The notes below the pieces were generated by a model. That model saw only the letters and a program-made list of their open reading frames with translations. It was not told where the DNA came from and did not search any database. DNA of 63,416 nucleotides, counting the filler, from an uncultured Gemmatimonadota bacterium (GTDB taxonomy: Bacteria; Blakebacterota; Blakebacteria; Blakebacterales; Blakebacteraceae), in assembly GCA_964576115.1 (NCBI GenBank). It is 6 parts of 6 records of this genome, joined end to end, with 100 filler letters (N's around TTAATTAATTAA, not from the genome) between each part and the next. Parts side by side here need not be neighbours in the genome. Positions count along the whole stretch, not along the records: positions 1 to 12,347 come from CAZNUA010000078.1; 5 more parts are not named here. One strand, 5' to 3'. The stretch's first letter is position 1; each line of letters starts with the position of its first letter. Below are positions 1 through 10,393 of this stretch, piece after piece. The position numbers and the translations under genes were made by a program.

Positions 1-78
1 TGGTGGGCGATACTGGATTCGAACCAGTGACCTCCTGCGTGTAAGGCAGGCGCTCTCGACCAGCTGAGCTAATCGCCC
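1..78 (-). tRNA. tRNA-Val(TAC)
   Basis: Reverse complement GGGCGATTAGCTCAGCTGG...CCTGC-CTTACAC-GCAGG...GGTTCGAATCC...TCGCCCACCA forms a cloverleaf with anticodon TAC and encoded CCA. Confidence 0.97.
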
Positions 79-332
79 TGAACGGGTTGGGTGGCGGGTT
101 CTTCCTTCGGCTTGCGGGGCTCGTTGTGGGCCAGAATGGCATAGGGAATGAGCACGAAATAGCCGGCGCCGAGCAGGATGGCTCCCAGGGTACGCGACCA
201 GAACGAATCCCACGGACCGATGCTCAGAAAGATGTACCCCACCACGATGGTCCCCAGGGCGATGAGCAGCCAGAGACGGTTGCGGGGTCCGAAGGGAAAC
301 CAGGTATTCTTCTGTTCAACTTTACGTGCCAT
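69..332 (-). CDS. Small two-TM membrane protein (DUF3098-like)
   Basis: ATG at 332 after GGCAGGAG RBS; MARKVEQK..., two hydrophobic helices (LWLLIALGTIVVGYIFL; LGAILLGAGYFVLIPYAIL). Confidence 0.7.
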   Translation of the reverse strand: MARKVEQKNTWFPFGPRNRLWLLIALGTIVVGYIFLSIGPWDSFWSRTLGAILLGAGYFVLIPYAILAHNEPRKPKEEPATQPVQGD

Positions 333-363
333 GATATCTCCTGCCCTCGTGCTTCGCGATGCC

Positions 364-960
364 TCAAGGTATCCCCGGCGCCGCGGGGGTACAAGTCCAT
401 CCTCCGGGACCTGGCCAACCCACGAAGAGACCGAACGGACCGACCAGCGGCACCGGTGGCAGTTCGAGAATCTCGATCTGCACCAGGGCCAGGCCCTTGG
501 CAGCGAACTGAAGTTCCAGCGCCGCAGCATAGGAAAGATCGAGAATCCGTCCTTCGATGAAGGGCCCCCGATCGTTGATTTTCACCACACAGCTCAGACC
601 GTTCTCGACGTTCCAGATCCGGGCCCGGGTTCCCAGGGGCAGGGTTCGGTGAGCCGCGGTGAGTTTGTACATGTCAAAGGTCTCGCCGTTGGCCGTCGGC
701 CGGCCGTGAAAATCCTGCCCGTACCATGAAGACATCCCCCGCAGAACGTGATCGCCCCAGCGCTCGGGTCCGTCGGGCACCCTGCGCCCCGAGGTCACCG
801 TCGGTGGCCGGGTAGTTCGCGGCGGACGATTAGATGCCTCAGGATCAGCCGTCCTCTCCGGCCGCGGCGTATGGCCGGGACGGTACTTGGGTGCCGAGGC
901 GCAGGCGCTCACCAGGAGCAGAACGATCAGGAGTGATATGCCGGATCGGATTTTCATCAT
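364..960 (-). CDS. rlpA: Septal ring lytic transglycosylase RlpA family lipoprotein
   Basis: Lipobox LVSAC; motifs SWYGQDFHGRPTANGE, TAAHRTLPLGT, INDRGPFIEGRILDLS; ATGA overlap with the upstream stop. Confidence 0.92.
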   Translation of the reverse strand: MMKIRSGISLLIVLLLVSACASAPKYRPGHTPRPERTADPEASNRPPRTTRPPTVTSGRRVPDGPERWGDHVLRGMSSWYGQDFHGRPTANGETFDMYKLTAAHRTLPLGTRARIWNVENGLSCVVKINDRGPFIEGRILDLSYAAALELQFAAKGLALVQIEILELPPVPLVGPFGLFVGWPGPGGWTCTPAAPGIP

Positions 961-2987
961 TTCAACGGCGGGATCGACCGGTTGGCGGTGCGTTCCCGAT
1001 CCTGTGCAACCACATGGCGCCTGCCTCTCTGCCGGGGTTGCAGACGGGTCACGCGGGCCGGCTGCTGGTTGGCGAACCAGTTCGCCCACGATGCCGCCTC
1101 CTCTGCCAGAAGGGTGGTACGGATCTCGAGGGGATTCAAAGAGACACCCTCAGCAGCCTCACCCAGAACCTGTCGGGCGAGGGCCCCTTCGGCCGTGTCA
1201 GGGTAACGGGCGGCAATGTACTCATAGGTGACCCGGGCCGAGTCGAGCGGACCGGCCCCGAACTCCAGCAGCTGCGCCGCCTCCAGGGCGGCCCGGCGGC
1301 CCGCCTCGGTATCGGGCCAGCGTCGGGCCACGGCGCGCAGGGAATCGACCGCCTCCGACCAGGTAGCGGGTTCAGCCAGGGGATCGACGAGCTGCTCGGC
1401 CCGCAACCAGGCATTTTCAGCCACGATCTCGGCCGGTTCAAGCGGATCTTCTCCGGCCGCCCGACGCAGTTCATAGGCCCAGCGGCTCTGAGGATAGTCG
1501 CGCAGGAGTTCGGCGGCGGCGTTCGCCCCCACCCCGCCCCCGGTCTCCCCGAACCATTCGTGCAGGGCGAACAGAGCCCGCGGAATCAGGGGCGAGTCGG
1601 CATGCCGGTTCCGCAATACGTCGATCCAGGCAGCCGCCGAATCGGGCAGATCCATCTCCAGGGCAAAGTGTTCGGCCAGCAGAAGCAGGTAAATGCCGGG
1701 CGGGTCATTGCCCAGACCAGTCGTCGATTCCTGTTCAGGGCCGGGCTCCGGGACTTCTTCGATCTCCACGATCTCTTCGCCGGTGCGGTTGGTCGTGCGG
1801 GGTGGAATGATCTCCTCGCCCGCTCCGGGCCGGGCCGCCCGGTTCTGCCGATTGCTGATACCCCGGGGATCGCTGAAGGTGAGCCCCTCGGCCCGGGCCG
1901 CAAGCGAGCGCAGGGTATAGAGCCGCATAATGGCGTCGTAGCGCCGGGCGGCAAACTGTCGCTGTTCTTCGGTGCCCAGACCCTGTGTTATAGCCCGGTA
2001 CTCGTGTCCGGCCACCATGTAGAATCCGCCTGCTTCGAAGATGTGGGCCAGCGACAGGCGGATGCGTGCCTCCCACTGCGCCGTGACCCCATCCACGAGA
2101 GCCATGACCATCTCGTTGCGGGCCCGCTCCTGATAGCCGGCGATTTCGAGCAGCCGGGCTCGGAAGTAGCGGAGCAGGCCCGAATAAAACTCGTCTATGT
2201 TCATGGTCTCGAGTTCGGCGATCCACGTCTCGGCGGCGGCCGTTTCACCCGCCCGGAGCAGGAGCGAGATGAGCAGGGGAACCGCCCGCTCCCGTTCCCG
2301 CTGAGACAGGGAGGGATCTGCGAGAACGGTCTGCAGGATCTCGGAGGCCTCGGTGTATTCGCCGTTCTGTTCGAGGTATTCCACCAGATCGAGCCTGGCT
2401 CGCAGGACCAGTTCGGGCGGCGTGTCTGCTTCGGCGATCAGATCGTCGAGGATACGCGAAGCGCGATCCAGCTCTCCGGCAGCCGCCAGTGCCAGGGACT
2501 CGACCAGCAGGGCTTCGGCCCGAAGCTCTCCGGTCAGTTCCGTGGCGGCCTGGGCAGCCTCGGTGGCGGCCAGCTGGGGAGCGCCCATATCGGCCAGTCC
2601 CATGGCCCGGTAAAGCTGACTTTCGGGCAGGAACGCACTCTCGGGAAAAGTCTCCAGCAGTTCCTCGCCCTTGCGGACCGAGGCGGCTAGATCGCCCTGC
2701 CGATAAAGGACTTTCTGTGAGATGAGCAGCGCTTCCTCGACCCATTTCGAGTCGGGGTGCTCGGCCAGCACCCGGCTGGCGAACTGCAATGACTGCTGGT
2801 ATGACTGCATGGCGGCGGCCGGCAGTGCCTGGTCCTCGGCTTCGGCTCGCAGGCGCTCGTACTCGCCGTCGGCAAAGTGCCGGCGGGCAAAATAGAAGGT
2901 GTTGAAGTAGACGCAGCCGGCACTCAAAGCGAGGCTGGCGAGCACCAGGGTCGAGAGAACGGTTATCTTCGCAGCCCGGCGGTTCAT
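957..2987 (-). CDS. Tetratricopeptide-repeat putative lipoprotein
   Basis: 676-aa ORF; signal peptide ending LSAGC; repeated helical Ala/Leu-rich units with HPDS/FPES/YPQS/YPDT turns. Confidence 0.75.
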   Translation of the reverse strand: MNRRAAKITVLSTLVLASLALSAGCVYFNTFYFARRHFADGEYERLRAEAEDQALPAAAMQSYQQSLQFASRVLAEHPDSKWVEEALLISQKVLYRQGDLAASVRKGEELLETFPESAFLPESQLYRAMGLADMGAPQLAATEAAQAATELTGELRAEALLVESLALAAAGELDRASRILDDLIAEADTPPELVLRARLDLVEYLEQNGEYTEASEILQTVLADPSLSQRERERAVPLLISLLLRAGETAAAETWIAELETMNIDEFYSGLLRYFRARLLEIAGYQERARNEMVMALVDGVTAQWEARIRLSLAHIFEAGGFYMVAGHEYRAITQGLGTEEQRQFAARRYDAIMRLYTLRSLAARAEGLTFSDPRGISNRQNRAARPGAGEEIIPPRTTNRTGEEIVEIEEVPEPGPEQESTTGLGNDPPGIYLLLLAEHFALEMDLPDSAAAWIDVLRNRHADSPLIPRALFALHEWFGETGGGVGANAAAELLRDYPQSRWAYELRRAAGEDPLEPAEIVAENAWLRAEQLVDPLAEPATWSEAVDSLRAVARRWPDTEAGRRAALEAAQLLEFGAGPLDSARVTYEYIAARYPDTAEGALARQVLGEAAEGVSLNPLEIRTTLLAEEAASWANWFANQQPARVTRLQPRQRGRRHVVAQDRERTANRSIPPLK

Positions 2988-3742
2988 ATCGCGGCTCCGT
3001 CATCGCTCCCGATCAAATCGGGCTCGAGCAGGCGTGGCAGCCACTCTCCGGCCGGTCCCCGAACCGAAAGATCGGCCAGGGCGGTGAAGGGCGTTTCCTG
3101 CGGATTGACCTCGACCACGAAGGCGCCGGCCTCATGGGCGATATAGGGTAGCTGGGCCGCCGGGTAGACCACGGTGGATGTGCCGACAGAAAAGAAGAGA
3201 TCCGCTTCCCGGGCCGCCCGGGCCGAGCGTTCGATGGCACCGGCCGGCAGGGATTCCCCGAACCAGACCACATCGGGCCGGAAGGGACCGCCGCACTCGC
3301 AGTCGAACCCCTCGCCCTCGCGGCGATAGCGGCCGCAGAGATTGCAGCGGTCGCGCCGGATGTTCCCGTGCAGTTCGATCACATCGGTGCTGCCCGCTTC
3401 CTCATGCAGCCCGTCCACGTTCTGGGTGATGAGGGTCAGCTCCTCGAACAGCGCTTCTGCTTCGGCCAGGGCCCGGTGGCCGGGGTTCGGCTCTACCGCC
3501 GCGATGATCCCCCGCCGGTAGTCGTACCACTCCCGCACCAGGTCCGGATTCCGGGCGAAGGCTTCGGGTGTGGCCAGCTCCTCGGCCCGGTAGGTTTTCC
3601 ACAGTCCCGATTCGCCGCGGAAGGTGGGCACCCCGCTCTCGGCACTGATCCCGGCCCCGGTCAATACAGCACAGCGGCGGGCCGATCGGGCCCGGGCGAT
3701 GTACTGTTCGAGATCGGGTTCCATAACGTGTATCCCCGTCAC
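2984..3742 (-). CDS. cobB: NAD-dependent protein deacylase (sirtuin, class III)
   Basis: LTGAGISAESGVPTFRG, ITQNVDGLH, HG, CxxC..CxC, RPDVVWFGE, GTS motifs. True start may be the ATG at 3724. Confidence 0.93.
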   Translation of the reverse strand: MTGIHVMEPDLEQYIARARSARRCAVLTGAGISAESGVPTFRGESGLWKTYRAEELATPEAFARNPDLVREWYDYRRGIIAAVEPNPGHRALAEAEALFEELTLITQNVDGLHEEAGSTDVIELHGNIRRDRCNLCGRYRREGEGFDCECGGPFRPDVVWFGESLPAGAIERSARAAREADLFFSVGTSTVVYPAAQLPYIAHEAGAFVVEVNPQETPFTALADLSVRGPAGEWLPRLLEPDLIGSDDGAAI

Positions 3743-3787
3743 GTCAGCCGGTTCGGTGTCTCTGTCATGAACTCTCCGGCCCCTGAT

Positions 3788-4831
3788 TCAGTTCCCGAGT
3801 TCCCCGGCGATCCGCGCGAAAACCGTGACGGTCTCGTCGATGTCCGCCGAGTCGACATCGAGGTGGGTAACGGCCCGAAGCCGGTCGTGACCGAAGGTGT
3901 TCAGCAGCACTCCTTCGTCGGCCAGGCGCGCCCGCACCTCCTCCTCGCTCAGACCCGTGCCGGAGGTGTCTATCATGAGGATATTGGACTGTACCGACGT
4001 AAGATCGACGCTGAAGCCGGGCATGTCGTTCACGGCTTCGGCCAGACGCCGGGCATGGGCGTGATCTTCGGCCAGGCGCTCCACGTTGTGTTCCAGTGCC
4101 CAGAGCCCCGCCGCGGCCAGGATCCCCGCCTGCCGCATCGCCCCCCCGAAACGCTTGCGCACCCAGAGAGCCCGGTCGATGATATCACGCGAACCCACCA
4201 GAACGCTGCCCACCGGCGCCCCGAGTCCCTTGGAAAGACAGATCGAAATCGAGTCGAAGTCGGCCGCCCACGCCGAGGCCTCGATGCCGCTGGCCACCAC
4301 GGCGTTGAAGAGCCGGGCCCCGTCGAGGTGCATCGGCAGGTCGCGTTCGTCGGCCACACTGCGGATACGGGCGATCTCCTCGTAGGGAAAGATGGTGCCG
4401 CCGGCCTTGTTGTGCGTGTTTTCCAGACTGATCAGCTGGGTCTGCGGGTAGTGGATCGAGACCGGCCGCAGCGCTTCGGCAACCTGCTCGGCAGTGACAG
4501 CACCGTAGGGCCCATCCTGCAGGTTGAAACCCACCCCGCTCACGGCCGGGGCGGTGCCCCCCTCGAAATTGAAAACATGGCTCCAACGGTGGCAGATCAC
4601 CTCGCCCCCCGGCGAGGTCCAGGCGTTGACCGCCACCTGGTTGCTCATCGTGCCGCTCGCCATCCAGAGAGCCGCTTCTTTGCCCAGACGTTCGGCCAGC
4701 GTCGACTGCAGCCGGTTGATGGTGGGATCTTCGCCGTAAACGTCGTCCCCCACCTCGGCCTCAGCCATGGCCCGGCGCATCTCCTCACCGGGTCGAGTGA
4801 CGGTGTCGCTGCGCAGATCTATTGCATTCAC
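3788..4831 (-). CDS. ltaE: Low-specificity L-threonine aldolase
   Basis: IDLRSDTVT, VGDDVYGEDPT, HLDGARLFNA, CLSKGLGAPVGS motifs. Confidence 0.95.
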   Translation of the reverse strand: MNAIDLRSDTVTRPGEEMRRAMAEAEVGDDVYGEDPTINRLQSTLAERLGKEAALWMASGTMSNQVAVNAWTSPGGEVICHRWSHVFNFEGGTAPAVSGVGFNLQDGPYGAVTAEQVAEALRPVSIHYPQTQLISLENTHNKAGGTIFPYEEIARIRSVADERDLPMHLDGARLFNAVVASGIEASAWAADFDSISICLSKGLGAPVGSVLVGSRDIIDRALWVRKRFGGAMRQAGILAAAGLWALEHNVERLAEDHAHARRLAEAVNDMPGFSVDLTSVQSNILMIDTSGTGLSEEEVRARLADEGVLLNTFGHDRLRAVTHLDVDSADIDETVTVFARIAGELGN

Positions 4832-4872
4832 GGCTCTGCCGGCTCCTCTGCTCTGCCGGTCCCGGCGGTACT

Positions 4873-5355
4873 TCAGAGAGCGATGTCACCGAATGTGCCG
4901 GGATCGATCCTTTCCAGCCGCTGACGCAGCCGGTCGAAGTGTTCGGGATCCGCAGTGGGATCCACACCGAATTCCTCTGCGAAGACCGTGTCGGAAACGA
5001 AGATGGGCGAGCCGGTGCGCAGGGCCAGGGCGATGCCGTCGGAGGGGCGGGCATCGATCTTGAGGACCGTCCCCTCGCCCTCGATCACCAGTTCGGCGAA
5101 GAAGGTATTGTACTGCAGGTCGGAGATGATGACGCGCTCCAGGGCCAGTCCCGCTCCGTCGATGATCCGCTGCAGCAAATCGTGGGTCAGGGGACGGGGG
5201 GCCTGCACCCCGGCCAGGCCGATGGCGATGGCGTTGGCTTCGGCGGCTCCGATCCAGACCGGCAGGAGCCGGTCGCCATCGAGTTCCTGCAGCAGCACCA
5301 CCGGCGACTGGTTGGTCGTGTCGACCGCCAGTCCATTGACCGTGAACTCTCTCAT
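4873..5355 (-). CDS. Bifunctional nuclease family protein (DUF151)
   Basis: LPVWIGAAEANAI, PRPLTHDL, IDARPSDGIALA motifs. Confidence 0.92.
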   Translation of the reverse strand: MREFTVNGLAVDTTNQSPVVLLQELDGDRLLPVWIGAAEANAIAIGLAGVQAPRPLTHDLLQRIIDGAGLALERVIISDLQYNTFFAELVIEGEGTVLKIDARPSDGIALALRTGSPIFVSDTVFAEEFGVDPTADPEHFDRLRQRLERIDPGTFGDIAL

Positions 5356-5369
5356 CCTCCGCTCCCCGA

Positions 5370-5852
5370 TCAGACCTCCTCGACGCCTGCCGCTTCCTCT
5401 TCCTCCTCTGCCTTCTTCTCGACATGTACTGTCACGGTCGGCTGCACTTCGCGGTGGAGCCGGACCGGAATCTCGAAGGTGCCCAGCTCCTTGATCGGCG
5501 CGTCGAGCAGGATCTGTCGACGCGGCACCTCGATTCCCTCATCGGCCAGGGTATCCACGATCATCTGGCTGGTGACCGAACCGTAGAGCTGGTCCTCTTC
5601 ACCGACCTCGACTTCGATGTGCAGCTGGATCCCGGTCAGCCTGTCGGCCAGACTCTCGGAGTCGGCCCGCATCTTTTCCGAACGGGCTTCGGCGGCCCGG
5701 GCGATATCCTTGAAGGTTTTCAGGTTCCCCTCGGTCGCCTCCATGGCCAGCTTGTTCGGGATCAGGTAGTTTCGGGCATACCCCGGCTTGACCTCCACGA
5801 CCTCCCCGGCTTCACCGAGGTGCTGGAGGTCCTCCCGAAGAATCACTTTCAT
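5370..5852 (-). CDS. rplI: 50S ribosomal protein L9
   Basis: MKVIL...[33 protein letters not shown]. Confidence 0.97.
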   Translation of the reverse strand: MKVILREDLQHLGEAGEVVEVKPGYARNYLIPNKLAMEATEGNLKTFKDIARAAEARSEKMRADSESLADRLTGIQLHIEVEVGEEDQLYGSVTSQMIVDTLADEGIEVPRRQILLDAPIKELGTFEIPVRLHREVQPTVTVHVEKKAEEEEEAAGVEEV

Positions 5853-6804
5853 CGCTTCCCTCCTCTGTCGCATCCCCCCCCTGGCCGGCCATGAGCCGGC
5901 GGAAGGGATACACGGTCTCCACAACGCCCAGGATGATGAGTCCGGGCCAGATGATGATGACGGCCAGCAGGGCGAAGAGCAGCCGGATCCAGCCGGCGGT
6001 TCCCCTGGCTTCGAAACTGTACCAGATGATCGCAAATCCCTGCAGGAAGTAGAGAAAGGCGATCACGATCGCCGCGTTCGCTCCCGCCCGGGCGACCGTT
6101 CCACCGGTCGCGATCGACAGCAGACACACCCCGAAGGGAACCAGCATCCAGCGCGGCAGCTCCCAGCAGGAATACGGCTCGAGTCCGATCCCGGGCTCGG
6201 TGCCCGAACGCTGCAGCCACCAGACGGTCACCGCCAGGGTCATCAGACCGGTCATGATCCCCGCCATTCCGAATTGAGACGGCAGGACGTAGATGATCGT
6301 TTCGAGCGATTGCTCGAACTGGGCTTCGAACGTCCCCGATTCCAGGCCGATTTTGTCGAGCAGATCCGCGTACGCGGGCCATAACTGCGCCCCGTACTCC
6401 CGAACGCCGGCTTCGCCGACCATCGCGTACCACAGGCCGATAAAGGTTCCGGCCGGCGGCAAAGCCAGCGCCAGGGTCGTCAACCGCCACTCCCAGCCGA
6501 GGCGCAGGGCCTGTTCGAGGATGATGGCGGTCACGACCAGGGCCAGCGGCCAGACGGCGAAGATCCGCACGCCCGCCACCGGCAGCAGGATCAGCAGCGG
6601 CACCAGGGCCGGCAGCCAGCGCATGACCGCGCTTTCTCCGCGGCGCCGGCAGAGCACGGCCAGCATGGCCGGTACGCCGATGATGGCGACCGCGTTCACG
6701 ATCGGGATCGGAGCCAGCAGGCCGCCGGCCAGGCTGAGTGCCGCCGTCACCGGCACGTGCCGGCCCCAGTAGGAGGCGGTCTCCGCCTCCCGCTCCGGAC
6801 TCAT
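5812..6804 (-). CDS. DUF2232/YybS family membrane protein
   Basis: Multi-TM ORF with YFLQGFA motif, in the conserved position between rpsR and rplI. Confidence 0.8.
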   Translation of the reverse strand: MSPEREAETASYWGRHVPVTAALSLAGGLLAPIPIVNAVAIIGVPAMLAVLCRRRGESAVMRWLPALVPLLILLPVAGVRIFAVWPLALVVTAIILEQALRLGWEWRLTTLALALPPAGTFIGLWYAMVGEAGVREYGAQLWPAYADLLDKIGLESGTFEAQFEQSLETIIYVLPSQFGMAGIMTGLMTLAVTVWWLQRSGTEPGIGLEPYSCWELPRWMLVPFGVCLLSIATGGTVARAGANAAIVIAFLYFLQGFAIIWYSFEARGTAGWIRLLFALLAVIIIWPGLIILGVVETVYPFRRLMAGQGGDATEEGSDESDSSGGPPAPR

Positions 6805-7019
6805 CGCAGCGAATCGGTCGTAAAGGGCAGCAGCGCGACATAACGCGCCCGCTTGATCGCGGTCGTGAGCATCCGCTGGTGTTTGGCGCACACCCCCGAC
6901 TGCCGACGCGAGACGATCTTGCCCCGATCAGTCATGTACCGGCGCAGGGTGCGCTCATCCTTGTAATCGATCCAGCTCCGTTTCTCGAGACAGAACCGGC
7001 AGGGTTTCTGGTGAGCCAT
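6801..7019 (-). CDS. rpsR: 30S ribosomal protein S18 (Zn-binding form)
   Basis: CRFC...IDYKD...[26 protein letters not shown]. Confidence 0.97.
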   Translation of the reverse strand: MAHQKPCRFCLEKRSWIDYKDERTLRRYMTDRGKIVSRRQSGVCAKHQRMLTTAIKRARYVALLPFTTDSLR

Positions 7020-7669
7020 TATTCCTCCTCCTCCGCACCGTCGTGCTCGCCTTCATCCTCGCCTTTATCCTCGTCCCCGTCCTCATCCTCGTCCCCGTCT
7101 TCGTCCTCGTCCCCGTCTTCGTCNNNNNNNNNNNNNNNNNNNNNNNNNNNNNNNNNNNNNNNNNNNNNNNNNNNNNNNNNNNNNNNNNNNNNNNNNNNNN
7201 NNNNNNNNNNNNNNNNNNNNNNNTCCTCGTCCCCGTCTTCGTCCTCGTCCCCGTCTTCGTCTTCGCCCTCGTCTTCGTCCTCGTCTTCATCTTCATCTTC
7301 GTCCCCGGCGGATTCATCCGGCTCGTCCTCGTCCGAATGCTCGGTCCGGCGCCGACGCATCTCCTCCATTGCCTCGAGAGCAGCTGCATCGAGATGAATG
7401 ATGAGGTGCCGCAGGACGTTCTCATCCAGACGCAGCAGCTGGTCGAGTTCGGCGATCATCTCGCCGTCGCCCTCCCAGTACAGGATGGTGTAAAAGCCCT
7501 GGTCGTGCTTGTTGATCGGATAGGCCAGCGTGCGTACTCCCCAGCGGTCCTCGCTGACGTTGGCACCGCCCCCCTTCTCGATCGCCTTGACGATTTTCTC
7601 GATCTGCCGTCCGTGGCCTCCTTCGGCCAGAGCCGGATCGAGAACGATCGTGGCCTCGTAATGCCTCAT
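7019..7669 (-). CDS. rpsF: 30S ribosomal protein S6 with long acidic C-terminal tail (spans an assembly gap)
   Basis: MRHYE..., [17 protein letters not shown]; Asp/Glu repeat tail interrupted by 100 N. Confidence 0.93.
   Translation of the reverse strand: MRHYEATIVLDPALAEGGHGRQIEKIVKAIEKGGGANVSEDRWGVRTLAYPINKHDQGFYTILYWEGDGEMIAELDQLLRLDENVLRHLIIHLDAAALEAMEEMRRRRTEHSDEDEPDESAGDEDEDEDEDEDEGEDEDGDEDEDGDEXXXXXXXXXXXXXXXXXXXXXXXXXXXXXXXXXXDEDGDEDEDGDEDEDGDEDKGEDEGEHDGAEEEE
7060..7305. repeat. Low-complexity 18-bp tandem repeat (TCGTCCCCGTCTTCGTCC) encoding EDGDED units in rpsF
   Basis: Repeat units are visible on both sides of the 7124-7223 gap. Confidence 0.85.
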
Positions 7670-7678
7670 TCGGTTCGT

Positions 7679-7722
7679 CCTCCCTGTGGACGTACGGCCC
7701 GGCTCATGGAACCGGGCAGGGT
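7679..7722 (-). ncRNA. S6:S18 ribosomal leader (cis-regulatory RNA upstream of rpsF)
   Basis: Minus strand CCCTG-CCCGGTTCCATGAGCCGGG-CCG-TACGTCCA-CAGGGAGG. The outer stem sequesters the SD, and the inner hairpin and unpaired CCG match the known S6:S18 leader architecture. Confidence 0.85.
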
Positions 7723-7733
7723 GAAGATCGCTC

Positions 7734-9770
7734 TCACAGCAGGGGAGCGATCACCAGACTCACGACACTCATGAGCTTGATCAGAATGTTCATCGAGGGA
7801 CCGGAGGTGTCCTTGAAAGGATCGCCGACTGTATCCCCGACCACAGCGGCCTTGTGGGGCTCCGAACCCTTACCCCCCAGATTGCCTTCTTCGATCCACT
7901 TCTTGGCGTTATCCCAGGCACCGCCCCCGTTGGCCATCATCAGGGCCAGCATCACCCCGGTGATGGTCGCGCCGGCGAGCATCCCGCACAGGGCGTCGGG
8001 ACCCAGCACGAAGCCCACCAGGACCGGCGAGATGACTGCCAGCAGGCCCGGAGCGATCATCTCCTGCAGAGCCGCCCGGGTCGAGATGTCCACACAGCGT
8101 TCGGCGTCGGGCTTGACCCCCTCGCGTCCCTCGAGCAGGCCGGGGATCTCGCGGAATTGCCGCCTGATTTCGTTGATCATCTTGAAAGCGGCCTTGCCCA
8201 CACTGGTCATGGTCATGGCTGCGGCCGTGAAGGGCAGGATCGCACCGAGCAGCAGACCGATCACGACCATCGGGTTGGTGAGCGAGATATCCAGCGCCGG
8301 GGCGCCCTTGCTCGCCAGGCTCAGGCTCACCGTCTGCGAGTAAGCGGCGAAGAGCGCCAGCGCGGTCAGAGCGGCCGACCCGATGGCGAAACCTTTCCCG
8401 AGAGCGGCGGTGGTGTTGCCGACCGCATCGAGCCGGTCGGTGATCGAGCGCACTTCAGGTCCCAGACCGGCCAGTTCGCTGATTCCGCCGGCGTTATCGG
8501 AGATCGGCCCGTAGGCGTCCACACTCATGGTGATGCCGACCGTGGCGAGCATGCCGACCGCCGAGATACCGATGCCGTAGAGACCGGCAGCCGAGTTGGC
8601 CACGAAAATCGCGATGGCGATGAAGAGCACCGGAAAAGCGGTGCTCTCCAGACCGACCGCCAGGCCGGTGATGATGTTGGTCGCGGTCCCGGTCTCGCTG
8701 GCCCGGGCGATCTTCCGGATCGGCCCGCCGGCGGTGTAGTACTCGGTAATCAGCCCGATGATGATGCCGACCAGGCTGCCGCTCATGATCGCCCAGAAGG
8801 CGCCCGATTCGACCCCCAGAGCCCGAACCCCGAACCAGGCCGCGATCAGGAACAGACCCGCGGCGACGAAGGTCGCATATCGCAGAGCCGCGGCCGGATG
8901 GAGGTTGCGCAGCAGGCGCATGCTGCCGATCCCGACAAAGGAAGCCAGCAGCCCGAGCATGGCCATGAAGACCGGCAGCAGCATCGTAGCCGATGGATCT
9001 CCGAGATTAGCGATGCGCGAGCCGGTCGCAGCTGTGGCGGCGATAGCCACCGTGGCGATGATCGAGCCGACATAGCTCTCGAAGATATCGGCTCCCATGC
9101 CGGCGGTGTCACCCACGTTGTCGCCCACCAGGTCGGCGATCACACCGGGGTTGCGGGGATCGTCCTCGGGGATGCCCGCCTCGACCTTGCCGACCAGATC
9201 GGCCCCCACATCGGCCGTCTTGGTGTAGATTCCGCCACCGACCCGGGCGAAGAGGGCGATCGAGGAGGCTCCCATGGCAAAACCGTTGATCGCGGTCGCG
9301 GTGGCAGGATTACCGCCCAGAGCGAGGTAGGCCAGCCCCACTCCCAGCAGTCCGAGGCTGGCTACGGCCAGACCCATGACCACCCCGCCCGAAAAGGCGA
9401 CCTGCAGGGCCACCCCCGCGCCCTGGCTGCGGGCGGCTTCGGTCGTACGTACGTTGGTACGTGTGGCGGCCTTCATGCCGATGAACCCGGCCGTCAGGGA
9501 ACAGAAGGCACCGCCCATGAAAGCCAGCGCCGTGGCGGCTCCGAGCTGCCAGAAGAGCAGTCCGAAGACGATGACCACGAAGATAGCCAGGATCGAGTAC
9601 TCGCGGCGCAGGAAGATCATCGCTCCGGCGTGGATCTGCGCGGAGAGGTCCGCCATCAGATCGGTTCCCTGCGGCCGCCGGACGATCGAGGCCAGCACGC
9701 CGAAAGCGACAACGATCCCGACAGCCCCCAGGATCGGGGCCAGGACCGTCAGGGTTCGTGCCAGTTCCAT
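7734..9770 (-). CDS. hppA: Membrane-bound K+-dependent, probably Na+-translocating pyrophosphatase
   Basis: [32 protein letters not shown] (Ala indicates K+ dependence), GADIFESY (Glu position typical of Na+-PPases), [10 protein letters not shown]. Confidence 0.95.
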   Translation of the reverse strand: MELARTLTVLAPILGAVGIVVAFGVLASIVRRPQGTDLMADLSAQIHAGAMIFLRREYSILAIFVVIVFGLLFWQLGAATALAFMGGAFCSLTAGFIGMKAATRTNVRTTEAARSQGAGVALQVAFSGGVVMGLAVASLGLLGVGLAYLALGGNPATATAINGFAMGASSIALFARVGGGIYTKTADVGADLVGKVEAGIPEDDPRNPGVIADLVGDNVGDTAGMGADIFESYVGSIIATVAIAATAATGSRIANLGDPSATMLLPVFMAMLGLLASFVGIGSMRLLRNLHPAAALRYATFVAAGLFLIAAWFGVRALGVESGAFWAIMSGSLVGIIIGLITEYYTAGGPIRKIARASETGTATNIITGLAVGLESTAFPVLFIAIAIFVANSAAGLYGIGISAVGMLATVGITMSVDAYGPISDNAGGISELAGLGPEVRSITDRLDAVGNTTAALGKGFAIGSAALTALALFAAYSQTVSLSLASKGAPALDISLTNPMVVIGLLLGAILPFTAAAMTMTSVGKAAFKMINEIRRQFREIPGLLEGREGVKPDAERCVDISTRAALQEMIAPGLLAVISPVLVGFVLGPDALCGMLAGATITGVMLALMMANGGGAWDNAKKWIEEGNLGGKGSEPHKAAVVGDTVGDPFKDTSGPSMNILIKLMSVVSLVIAPLL

Positions 9771-9790
9771 GCAGGTATCCTTCCCCTCTG

Positions 9791-10357
9791 TCAGTTGAAT
9801 CGGTTCATGGCTTCGTCGAGGCCCTCATCGAGCCAGGTCTCGACCGCTTCGACGGCCTCGACCAGGCTCTGCTCGACGATCGGATTCTCTTCGGCCCGGA
9901 AAGGTGCCAGCACGTAGCCGCGCAGATCGGGTGGCGGTTCTTGAACCCCGATCCCGATCCGCAGCCGGGGGAAATCATCCCGGCCCAGCTGATAGATGAC
10001 ATGCTCCAGACCGCGGTGTCCCCCATCGGAGCCGCCGCCGCGCAGCCGCAGCCGTCCCAGGGGGAGATTGACATCGTCGATCACGATCAGGAGGCGTTCG
10101 CTCTCGATCCGGTAGAACGACACCAGCCCCTGCACCGCGAATCCGCTTTCGTTCATCCAGGTCGTCGGTTTGGCCACGATGACCCGCCTGTCTGCGAACC
10201 GGGCCGGGGCGGCGAGGTATTCGCCGCGCCCTCCCGTAAAGGCCCCACCCCACCGCTGGATCAGTAGATCGGCCACCCGGTAGCCCAGATTGTGGCGGGT
10301 TGCGGCATATTCGCGTCCAGGGTTGCCCAGACCGACGACAGCGTAGGGAGAATCCAT
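9791..10357 (-). CDS. pth: Peptidyl-tRNA hydrolase
   Basis: [40 protein letters not shown]. Confidence 0.97.
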   Translation of the reverse strand: MDSPYAVVGLGNPGREYAATRHNLGYRVADLLIQRWGGAFTGGRGEYLAAPARFADRRVIVAKPTTWMNESGFAVQGLVSFYRIESERLLIVIDDVNLPLGRLRLRGGGSDGGHRGLEHVIYQLGRDDFPRLRIGIGVQEPPPDLRGYVLAPFRAEENPIVEQSLVEAVEAVETWLDEGLDEAMNRFN

Positions 10358-10393
10358 GATCAGCGGACGAGCCGCGACGTCGGGTCGACGCCG

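Noticed and set aside
834-2690. Long alternative ORFs (e.g. 834-2690, 3368-4924, 7854-9917, 14160-15692, 39742-41658, 42829-44982, 47875-49755)
   Set aside because: Antisense shadows of well-supported genes, expected in high-GC DNA, with no recognisable motifs.
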